Shown here: in pieces, positions 40,568 to 48,619 of the stretch | Position numbering within the stretch: position 1 is the stretch's first letter | Layout: each line of letters starts with the position of its first letter | Assembly (NCBI GenBank): GCA_947624175.1 | Contig: CANQJD010000003.1 | Span: 1-51,083, forward strand | DNA from: an uncultured Bacilli bacterium | GTDB taxonomy: Bacteria > Bacillota_I > Bacilli_A > RF39 > UBA660 | DNA length: 51,083 bases | Reading direction: 5' to 3' | Translations under genes and position numbers: made by a program | Notes under the pieces: generated by a model | Seen by the model: only the letters and a program-made list of their open reading frames with translations | What the model was told of the DNA's origin: nothing | Databases searched by the model: none

Positions 40568-40648
40568 TAAATTTCTCCTTAATAAATTATATTACTATCA
40601 TATCACATTTTGCCTATTAATAAAATGAATTTTTTGTGAAAAAAAGAA

Positions 40649-42097
40649 CTATTTTTCATTAACTAGTTCTAACTTTTCATTATATTCTAATATTTTTCCA
40701 TAGTAATCTTTATTATTACCTTTAAATAATCCATGTTTTGAATTACTATAACCACTTACTATATAAGGTTTAGTACCATTTATTTCATCAGCTGTTCCTG
40801 GGATTGCAAAATCAATATCGGTTAAAATATCATTTTTATCACCACTATAGGCTTTGGTATCTAAAACTTTTCCATCATAGTCAAAAGTAACAATTATTCC
40901 TTCACTCATATTTTCTTTATAATCTAAATCTTTAATCTTAATATCTTTCGAATTAGTATAACCAACAGCTATAATCTTGTCATCAAGTAACATTAAGGAA
41001 TTAAATCTATCATCACTGCTACCACCTATTGAATAAGTATCTACCAAATCACCTTTCATATCAAAGATAATTATACCAGCATCATATTGATAAATTAAAT
41101 TTCCTTCTTCATCTTTTTCATTACTTGTATTAACTCCACTTGCTATATAAATTTTATCATCACGGACTTCTAAATCATACATTCCATAAGTATCAGTAAA
41201 CTCATAATTATTTTTCCATTCCATATCTCCATTTAGTTTATATTTAATTAAAAGTCCATAATTAAGAGCATCTTTGCCACAAACAATATACCCATCATCT
41301 ACTGGTACTATCTCTTCAAAAATTCCTGATTTATTACCACCGAAGTTATTATGCCATATTTCATTTCCATCAAAATCATACTTAACAATAATACCACCAC
41401 CAGTTGGATGATTACCTATTTGCATATTTTCATAGATACTTTGACCAACCGCAATAATTCCATCCTCGACGATAATAACACTCTTAAACTCTGTATCTCC
41501 TAATACTTGGTAATTCTTACTCCAAATCATATTACCATCTAAATCATATTTAACAATCAAGCCATCTCTTGTATTAATACTTAACTGACTCTTATCATAA
41601 ACATAACTTCCAACTGCAACTATAAAATCCTTATTGGCTTTTGCATCATAATAAACAGAATCATAATCTGTCTTGAATGTCTTTTCAAAAACAATATTCA
41701 TTTCATTATCATATTTAACTAATTTAGCTTGTTCAGCATAAACTCTATTTATTTTACCCTCTTGAATACCATCTTCATATTCATAAGTAAAAGGAGTATT
41801 ATAATTACTATGTTTAAAGTTACTAGAACCTGCTGCTAAGTAATATTCATTATCGATATTTTCAATACTATTTAAAGTATCTATATAAGTTAATTCATTT
41901 TCTTTTTTAGTATTCATAAGTAACATAGCAATAACTTCAAATACAATGATTACAGCACATATTATCATTACTACTTTAGCAATTCTTTTTAACTTTGTAT
42001 AATCTTTTATTTCTTTCTTTTCTTTTTTTAATTTATTTTTTTCTTCAATTCTTTTTTCTTTATAACTTTTATTTTTCTTATTATCTGTCTTTTTCAT
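40649..42097 (-). CDS. Membrane-anchored beta-propeller repeat protein
   Basis: TM, then repeated I.AVG...G.IVKYD.DGN.IW...(Y/F)GG units. Confidence 0.7.
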   Translation of the reverse strand: MKKTDNKKNKSYKEKRIEEKNKLKKEKKEIKDYTKLKRIAKVVMIICAVIIVFEVIAMLLMNTKKENELTYIDTLNSIENIDNEYYLAAGSSNFKHSNYNTPFTYEYEDGIQEGKINRVYAEQAKLVKYDNEMNIVFEKTFKTDYDSVYYDAKANKDFIVAVGSYVYDKSQLSINTRDGLIVKYDLDGNMIWSKNYQVLGDTEFKSVIIVEDGIIAVGQSIYENMQIGNHPTGGGIIVKYDFDGNEIWHNNFGGNKSGIFEEIVPVDDGYIVCGKDALNYGLLIKYKLNGDMEWKNNYEFTDTYGMYDLEVRDDKIYIASGVNTSNEKDEEGNLIYQYDAGIIIFDMKGDLVDTYSIGGSSDDRFNSLMLLDDKIIAVGYTNSKDIKIKDLDYKENMSEGIIVTFDYDGKVLDTKAYSGDKNDILTDIDFAIPGTADEINGTKPYIVSGYSNSKHGLFKGNNKDYYGKILEYNEKLELVNEK

Positions 42098-42171
42098 TTT
42101 ACCACCATATTAATGATAACACTTTTTTTAATTTAATACAATAAGAAAAAGTCCAAATGGACTTTAACTTT

Positions 42172-42585
42172 CTAACGTTTACTAAATTGTGGTGCACGTC
42201 TAGCTTTCTTAAGACCATATTTCTTACGTTCTTTAACTCTTGCATCACGAGTAATCATTCCGTTTACTTTTAATGGTCTTCTTAAACTATTTTCACTATC
42301 AGGACTAGTTGTTGAATCATATTCAAGTAAGGCTTTCGTAATTCCTAAACGAATAGCTCCTGATTGACCTCTAAATCCACCACCAAATACTTTTGCTTCA
42401 ATATCGAATAACCCTTTAGTATTTGTTAATACAAGTGGTTGTTCTAAATCCATAACAAGGGTTTCAAATGGAAAATATTCACGAACATCTCTACCATTTA
42501 CAGTAATTTTACCTTTACCACTTGTTAATGTAACTTTAGCAACACTTCCTTTTCTTTTTCCGGTTGCTTGATAAACTTTTGCCAT
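42172..42585 (-). CDS. rpsI: 30S ribosomal protein S9
   Basis: [37 protein letters not shown]. Confidence 0.98.
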   Translation of the reverse strand: MAKVYQATGKRKGSVAKVTLTSGKGKITVNGRDVREYFPFETLVMDLEQPLVLTNTKGLFDIEAKVFGGGFRGQSGAIRLGITKALLEYDSTTSPDSENSLRRPLKVNGMITRDARVKERKKYGLKKARRAPQFSKR

Positions 42586-42599
42586 CTCTATAATCCTCC

Positions 42600-43031
42600 C
42601 TATTTAACCTCAATTTGAACTGGTTTTTGTGCTGCATGTGGATGAGTTTCATCAGCATATACAAATAACTTCTTACCCATAGCTCTTCCTAAACGATTAT
42701 GAGGAAGCATTCCTTTAATTGCTCTTTCAAGCATTTCTTCTGGGTAATTTTCTCTCATTTCTTTAGCTGTTCTTTCTCTTAATCCACCTGGATACATAGA
42801 GTGATTATAATACATCTTATCATTTAACTTATTACCAGTTAAATTAACTTTCTTGGCATTCACAATAATAACATAATCACCACAATCAACATGAGGTGTA
42901 TAAGTTACTTTATGTTTACCTCTTAAAATATGAGCAGCCTTAGTTGCTACTCGACCTAAAGATTCTCCTTCAGCATCAATTAAATACCATGTCCGAACGA
43001 TATCTTCTTTCTTTTGCATATAACTTTTCAT
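42600..43031 (-). CDS. rplM: 50S ribosomal protein L13
   Basis: [26 protein letters not shown]. Confidence 0.98.
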   Translation of the reverse strand: MKSYMQKKEDIVRTWYLIDAEGESLGRVATKAAHILRGKHKVTYTPHVDCGDYVIIVNAKKVNLTGNKLNDKMYYNHSMYPGGLRERTAKEMRENYPEEMLERAIKGMLPHNRLGRAMGKKLFVYADETHPHAAQKPVQIEVK

Positions 43032-43044
43032 TTTTATCTCCTAT

Positions 43045-43100
43045 CTTTCTGTTTCATGTTCCCACTATGAAACAATCCGGGAATCAATGTACCGACATAG
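43045..43100 (-). promoter_or_regulatory. L13 ribosomal protein leader
   Basis: 5' UTR of rplM with CCCGGA motif and TGTTTCAT/ATGAAACA hairpin; boundaries approximate. Confidence 0.55.
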
Positions 43101-43190
43101 ATTATATCTAATTTATCCTTAAAAGTCAACGATTTTTTAACAAATTCTCCTAATTATATGTAAAAATATAGCAAAATTTACCTATATTTT

Positions 43191-43577
43191 CTATTTTCTT
43201 AAAGTTTTTACTTGACTATCTTTAACTTCTTTCGTTAATTCAGCCAGTTTTTCAATATCAGGAATTATTTCACTTGTTACAATATTAGGTTGAAAGTTAA
43301 CTTGATTAATTACATAAGCTCTTGATAAACTCTCAAATGGAATTCTTGAATCAGTATATAACATACAATTACTTTCTAAAAAATCTCTATCTAAATAATT
43401 ATCTCCTCTATATACTTCTTTATCAGTATAAAACTCAACTAACTTTCCATCAACATAATGTACAACAATTGGTAATCTTTGTTTAATTCTATCCGTTTCA
43501 ATTCCTGATATATTTTCAGCTAATGCTAAATATAAACCACTTTCATACTTTCCTTTTTCCATCTTGTAATCCTCCAA
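43191..43577 (-). CDS. Hypothetical protein (probable start 43562)
   Basis: GGAGG RBS before MEKGK; ends VKTLRK. Confidence 0.65.
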   Translation of the reverse strand: MEDYKMEKGKYESGLYLALAENISGIETDRIKQRLPIVVHYVDGKLVEFYTDKEVYRGDNYLDRDFLESNCMLYTDSRIPFESLSRAYVINQVNFQPNIVTSEIIPDIEKLAELTKEVKDSQVKTLRK

Positions 43578-43631
43578 TACGATTTACTATCATAAACCAT
43601 GATTTTTAGATTGTCAATAATTTTTATAAAA

Positions 43632-45149
43632 TTATATATCTAAAACTTCACATCTATATTTTATTTCTTTTATAAACATAGATTCCTGATTTTTATTAGT
43701 CATTAGAAAAACATAATTTAAAGTTCTAGTTAAAGCAACATAAAACAATCTTCTCTCTTCAGCATATAAATATTTATCTTTATTTTTAAAACATAAATTA
43801 ATTAAAGGATCATCTTCCATTTTATTAGGAAATCCTAATAATTCATCACTTAAATTTAAGACTATAACCGCTTCACTTTCTAATCCTTTAGAACTATGAA
43901 CCGTTAAAAATCTTAACTTCATATCTTTATAAACTAACTCTTTATCTTTTAAAACCACATTTATATCATGATTACATCTTCCCAAAATTAAACATTCTCT
44001 TATTCCTAAACTATAAATATATTCAAGTAAATTAAAGAATTTATATTGATAATTACTTCTTGTAAAATAAATTATTTTAATTGGAAACTTAATACTTTTA
44101 CTAGATATTAACTTTTTAGATAATTGATAAGGATTTTTATGGATAAAATAATTGGCTATCTTAATTAGTTCTCTTGAATTTCGATAAGTATTTTTTAAAT
44201 AAAATATTTTACTATCTTTAAAATATTTTTTAAATTTAATAAATAATTCTAAAGTCGAACCTGAAAAAGCATAAATAGATTGAAAATCATCACCAACGGC
44301 AAAGATATTACTATCTAATTCTTTTTGAATAGTTTTTATTAAATTATATCTAATTAAAGATATATCTTGATATTCATCAATAATAATATATTTATAATAT
44401 CTTTTCATACCTTTCTTTTTCACAACTTCACTTGCTAAACTAATCATCATATCAAAGTCTATTTTACATGAACTATTAATCTCTTCTAAATAAAAACGAT
44501 AAATTTCAAACATAATAATTAAGAAATCTTTATTTTTTTCTTTTAAAGATTTTGATAATAACCATTTATTTCTTTTTAAATAGTTATGAAAATCAGTTAT
44601 AGTTTGATTATTACATTTAATTTTATTAATAAACTTGATAATTAAATTTTTATATGATGAAAATAACTTATTATATTTTGTTTTAATTATTTTAATATCT
44701 AAGTCTTTATCTTTAATATAATATTTAAAATAATTAATTATATATTTTAAGTACTTATTATCTTCTAAGAAACCTTCAAAATATTCTGAAACAGTATATT
44801 CTAAGTAATCCGAAGATGCTATTTGATAAAAAACATGATTATCTTTTAAGATATTTAAGGCTAGTTTATGAAAAGTAAATACATCTATATCATAGTTAAG
44901 TCTTTCTTTTAAATTATTAACTGCTTCATTAGTGAAAGATAAACAAAGTATCTCTTTTGGATTAACTTTTTTAACTTCTACTAAATATTTTATTTTAGCA
45001 ACTATGGTTAAAGTTTTACCACTTCCAGCCCCAGCTACAACTAAATTATTTTTAGCACTAGATACTATCGCTTTTCTTTGGTCTAAATCTAACTTATAAC
45101 CATTTATATCTAAAAATATGTTATTATTTAATTCATCACTTGTTTGCAT
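43632..45149 (-). CDS. UvrD/Rep family SF1 helicase (helicase IV-like)
   Basis: AGAGSGKT, DEYQD, VGDDFQSIY, TVHSSKGLE, EERRLFYVALTR. Confidence 0.9.
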   Translation of the reverse strand: MQTSDELNNNIFLDINGYKLDLDQRKAIVSSAKNNLVVAGAGSGKTLTIVAKIKYLVEVKKVNPKEILCLSFTNEAVNNLKERLNYDIDVFTFHKLALNILKDNHVFYQIASSDYLEYTVSEYFEGFLEDNKYLKYIINYFKYYIKDKDLDIKIIKTKYNKLFSSYKNLIIKFINKIKCNNQTITDFHNYLKRNKWLLSKSLKEKNKDFLIIMFEIYRFYLEEINSSCKIDFDMMISLASEVVKKKGMKRYYKYIIIDEYQDISLIRYNLIKTIQKELDSNIFAVGDDFQSIYAFSGSTLELFIKFKKYFKDSKIFYLKNTYRNSRELIKIANYFIHKNPYQLSKKLISSKSIKFPIKIIYFTRSNYQYKFFNLLEYIYSLGIRECLILGRCNHDINVVLKDKELVYKDMKLRFLTVHSSKGLESEAVIVLNLSDELLGFPNKMEDDPLINLCFKNKDKYLYAEERRLFYVALTRTLNYVFLMTNKNQESMFIKEIKYRCEVLDI

Positions 45150-45247
45150 TTTTATCCCTCAATATAATATAACCGAAAAAAATGCAAAAAGAAAAATAAT
45201 TTACTAATTACTTAATTTATGTTAATATTAAAATAAGGAAGGCGAAT

Positions 45248-45940
45248 ATGAAATATTTAATTATTATATTATCAATTTTACCAATTGTTTTAATAGGTAT
45301 ATTTTATTATAAAAGAGATACTGTAAAAGAACCAACTAAACTACTTAGAAAATTATTTTTAAGTGGGATTGCCTCTGGTTTATTAGTTGGTTTTAATTCT
45401 TTAATAATAATTACTTTATTTCCAAGTTTTAAAGATACTGCTAGTTTAAGTGTTTTGAATTTATTTATATATACTTTTTTGGCTGTTGCACTCATTGAAG
45501 AACTTTTTAAATGGATAATGGTTTATTTTATTTCTTATAAATCTCCTCACTATGACCAATTTTATGATATTATTTTATATGCTGTTTTCGTTGGTTTAGG
45601 TTTTGCTTGTTTTGAGAATTTACTTTATACTATACCTAATAATGATCTTTTTGTGACTTTATTTAGAGGAATAACCGCGATTCCTGCTCATGCAAGTTAT
45701 CAAACTATAATGGGTTATTACTTAACTTTAAGTAAATATTACCCTCAAAAAAAGAAATTATATATCAGATTAAGTATAATTGTTCCAGTCATTTTACATG
45801 GTTTATATGATTTCTTCTTATATTTAAATAATTTTATCTTTGTTATTATCTTCTTAATCTTTATAGTCTTACTATTTGTCTTTACAATTTTAAAAACAAA
45901 TCAAGTATTAAATATTGATATTAAAAACTTAAAAAAATAG
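45248..45940 (+). CDS. PrsW family intramembrane metalloprotease
   Basis: EELFK, GFACFEN, PAHA, LHGLYDF. Confidence 0.9.
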   Translation: MKYLIIILSILPIVLIGIFYYKRDTVKEPTKLLRKLFLSGIASGLLVGFNSLIIITLFPSFKDTASLSVLNLFIYTFLAVALIEELFKWIMVYFISYKSPHYDQFYDIILYAVFVGLGFACFENLLYTIPNNDLFVTLFRGITAIPAHASYQTIMGYYLTLSKYYPQKKKLYIRLSIIVPVILHGLYDFFLYLNNFIFVIIFLIFIVLLFVFTILKTNQVLNIDIKNLKK

Positions 45941-45955
45941 CCGTTTGGCTATTTT
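45933..45955. terminator. Bidirectional terminator between prsW-like gene and asnS
   Basis: AAAAATAGCC-GTTT-GGCTATTTT. Confidence 0.75.
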
Positions 45956-47333
45956 AAAAATCGCAATTTCCTGGAGTTCTTGGATAAGGAATAACATCTC
46001 TTATATTTTCAACCCCAGTTAAATAAATTAATAATCGTTCAAATCCCATTCCAAATCCTGAATGATAACATCCTCCAAACTTTCTTAAGTTTAAATACCA
46101 TTCCATACCTTCTTCAGGAACTCCCATCTCTTTCATTCTTTTAACTAACTTATCATAATCGGCTTCTCTTTCAGAACCTCCGATAAGTTCACCAGCTCCA
46201 GGTACTTCCAAATCAACGGCTGCAACCGTTTCATTATCAGAGTTTAACTTCATATAAAAGGCTTTAATATCTTTAGGCCAATCCGTTATAAAGACTGGTC
46301 CATTAAAATATTCGGTTATATATTTTTCATGTTCTTTAGCAATATCTCCACCATATTCTGGTTCAAATTCCCATTTAACTTTGGCTTCTTTTAGAATTGT
46401 TATTACATCATGATGAGAAATTCTTGTAAATTTACTATTAACAAGTTTTTGTAATTTATCAATTAATCCTTTTTCAACAAATTTATCAAAGAATTCCATC
46501 TCATCTTTAGCATGTTCTAAGACATAACTAACGATAAATTTTAGCATATCTTCTTCAATATCCATAACTCCTGATAAATCACAGAAAGCAATTTCAGGTT
46601 CAATCATCCAAAATTCACTTGCATGGGTTTTGGTATTAGAGTTTTCAGCCCTAAAAGTTGGTCCAAAAGTATAAACTTTTTTATAAGCCATTGCATAGGT
46701 TTCGGCTTCAAGTTGTCCAGATACGGTTAAAGCTGCACTTTTACCAAAGAAATCTTTCGAATAATCAACACTGCCACTTTTAGCCACTCTATCTAAATCA
46801 AGAGTTGTAACTTGAAACATTTGACCTGCTCCTTCACAGTCACTAGCTGTAATTAAAGGAGCATGAAAATAAACATAGCCTCTATCCTGAAAGTAAGTAT
46901 GAATAGCATGAGCTGCAATACTTCTTACTCTAAAAACTGCATTGAATAAGTTAGTTCTAGGTCTTAAATAGGCTTGTTCTCTTAAAAATTCTCTTGTATG
47001 TCTTTTTGGCTGAATTGGATAATCATCAGGACAATCTCCCATCAAAGTTAAATCAGAAACTTTTACTTCAAATTCTTGACCTGCTCCTAGGGACTTAATA
47101 ACAGTTCCAACTACTTCAATACTAGAACCTACTTTAATTTTGGTAATCTCATTAAATTTACTTAAAGAATTATCATAAACAAGTTGCACATTTTTAAAAC
47201 AAGTTCCATCTGAAAAATCAATAAAACCAAATTCTTTTTGCTTCCGATGATTTCTAACCCATCCTTGTAATTTTACTTCCTTATCAAGATACTTATCTAA
47301 ATCCTTATAAATATCCACAACATCAATTAACAT
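45954..47333 (-). CDS. asnS: Asparagine--tRNA ligase
   Basis: CEGAG, TVSGQL, FGPTFRAENS, EFWMIEPE, GFERL; start at MLIDVV after GAAGGAGG. Confidence 0.97.
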   Translation of the reverse strand: MLIDVVDIYKDLDKYLDKEVKLQGWVRNHRKQKEFGFIDFSDGTCFKNVQLVYDNSLSKFNEITKIKVGSSIEVVGTVIKSLGAGQEFEVKVSDLTLMGDCPDDYPIQPKRHTREFLREQAYLRPRTNLFNAVFRVRSIAAHAIHTYFQDRGYVYFHAPLITASDCEGAGQMFQVTTLDLDRVAKSGSVDYSKDFFGKSAALTVSGQLEAETYAMAYKKVYTFGPTFRAENSNTKTHASEFWMIEPEIAFCDLSGVMDIEEDMLKFIVSYVLEHAKDEMEFFDKFVEKGLIDKLQKLVNSKFTRISHHDVITILKEAKVKWEFEPEYGGDIAKEHEKYITEYFNGPVFITDWPKDIKAFYMKLNSDNETVAAVDLEVPGAGELIGGSEREADYDKLVKRMKEMGVPEEGMEWYLNLRKFGGCYHSGFGMGFERLLIYLTGVENIRDVIPYPRTPGNCDF

Positions 47334-47339
47334 AATTTT

Positions 47340-47567
47340 CCTCCTTCTATAAATAAAAAGCATTAATATAAAGAGGCGCATTCACGGTACCACTCTTTTT
47401 ATCAATGCTTGATATCTCTCTTTGATAACGGTCTTCTAACCGATATTTCCTACTAATTTCAAAAATATACTCCGTGGTGTTATTCTTACAAGATAACTCC
47501 TAATTTCCACCAACCATTAGGTCTCTTTAAGTTATTGATTTGTAATACTTCTCCACATCAACACTTT
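47340..47567 (-). promoter_or_regulatory. T-box riboswitch, Asn (AAC) specifier
   Basis: AGAGA and GGTGGAA stem I motifs, GAATAAC specifier loop, AGTA motifs, T-box AAGAGTGGTACCGTG...CGCCTCTT. Confidence 0.9.
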
Positions 47568-47599
47568 AAATATATTAATTATTATACAACTTATTTTTT

Positions 47600-48565
47600 C
47601 TAAGTCAATAATTTTCTCCATAATTTATTAGAAACTTTTTGATAAACTTTATTTTTTCCATTCTCTACTTTAGTATCCATATTAATTAAATTCTTATATT
47701 CAGTATCTAAATCTTTTTCTTTATCGAAAGGAATATTCCCGTCAAAATAGTCATAATAAACTCTTAATATTAATTCATTATCTAAATAATTATTACACAT
47801 AATTTTAAAAATCATCTTCTTTAAGATTTCTAATATATTCAAACTATCTCCTAAAACATTTATAAATTCAATTAGCCCAATTTCCATACATATTCTTTTT
47901 AAAGGAAAATAGCCTTTACTATCTAATTTTTTAAATTCTATAAATTTATTTCTAAGTCGTATTTTTATATTATCATCTAAATTATTATCTTTAAGAAAAT
48001 AATATAACATTTCTAAATCTTTATAATTTTCTATTTCTAAATGACTAATAAAGTACGATAAAAGATTCTTTTCTACTAAAATATCTACAAATTCTTTAAT
48101 ATCTTTATTTTTAAATTCTTTAATTAATATTTGAAACTTAAATCTCTCATATATATCTTTATGCATTTCAAAGATTTGTTCTAATGTTTTATTAACTATA
48201 TCTATTGAAATATTAGAAGCTACTATTAAATTAGCAAGTTTATAGTTATCTTCATCCGTTCCTTCTTTAATTATTAAATCTAAATATTTAGTAATTGGAA
48301 AATTAACATTATCTATTTCATAGATTGCCAGAATTAATTCTATTTTATGAGGATAATTTTCAATTAATTTGTTATATTTATCTTGATATTTAGAATATAA
48401 AATAGGATACATATAAGCTAAATATTTTATACTATTAGAACTAAATAACAAATCAACTATCTCTTCTTCCTTAAATTTATTATTAATAAATATATTACCT
48501 AAATCTCTTCCTGATATTTCTCCATTTAAAAGCATTTTTTTAAATAATTCAAATTCATTTATCAT
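47600..48565 (-). CDS. Hypothetical helical protein
   Basis: 321-aa ORF, GGGAGG RBS, no recognisable motif. Confidence 0.65.
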   Translation of the reverse strand: MINEFELFKKMLLNGEISGRDLGNIFINNKFKEEEIVDLLFSSNSIKYLAYMYPILYSKYQDKYNKLIENYPHKIELILAIYEIDNVNFPITKYLDLIIKEGTDEDNYKLANLIVASNISIDIVNKTLEQIFEMHKDIYERFKFQILIKEFKNKDIKEFVDILVEKNLLSYFISHLEIENYKDLEMLYYFLKDNNLDDNIKIRLRNKFIEFKKLDSKGYFPLKRICMEIGLIEFINVLGDSLNILEILKKMIFKIMCNNYLDNELILRVYYDYFDGNIPFDKEKDLDTEYKNLINMDTKVENGKNKVYQKVSNKLWRKLLT

Positions 48566-48619
48566 ATAAACCTCCCAAAATGCTTTTATTATATAAGTTA
48601 TTATCTAATTAGTCAAATA

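Noticed and set aside
42280-42330. Short insertion (STTSPDSE) in ribosomal protein S9
   Set aside because: Probably a lineage indel in a variable loop; a taxonomic marker at most
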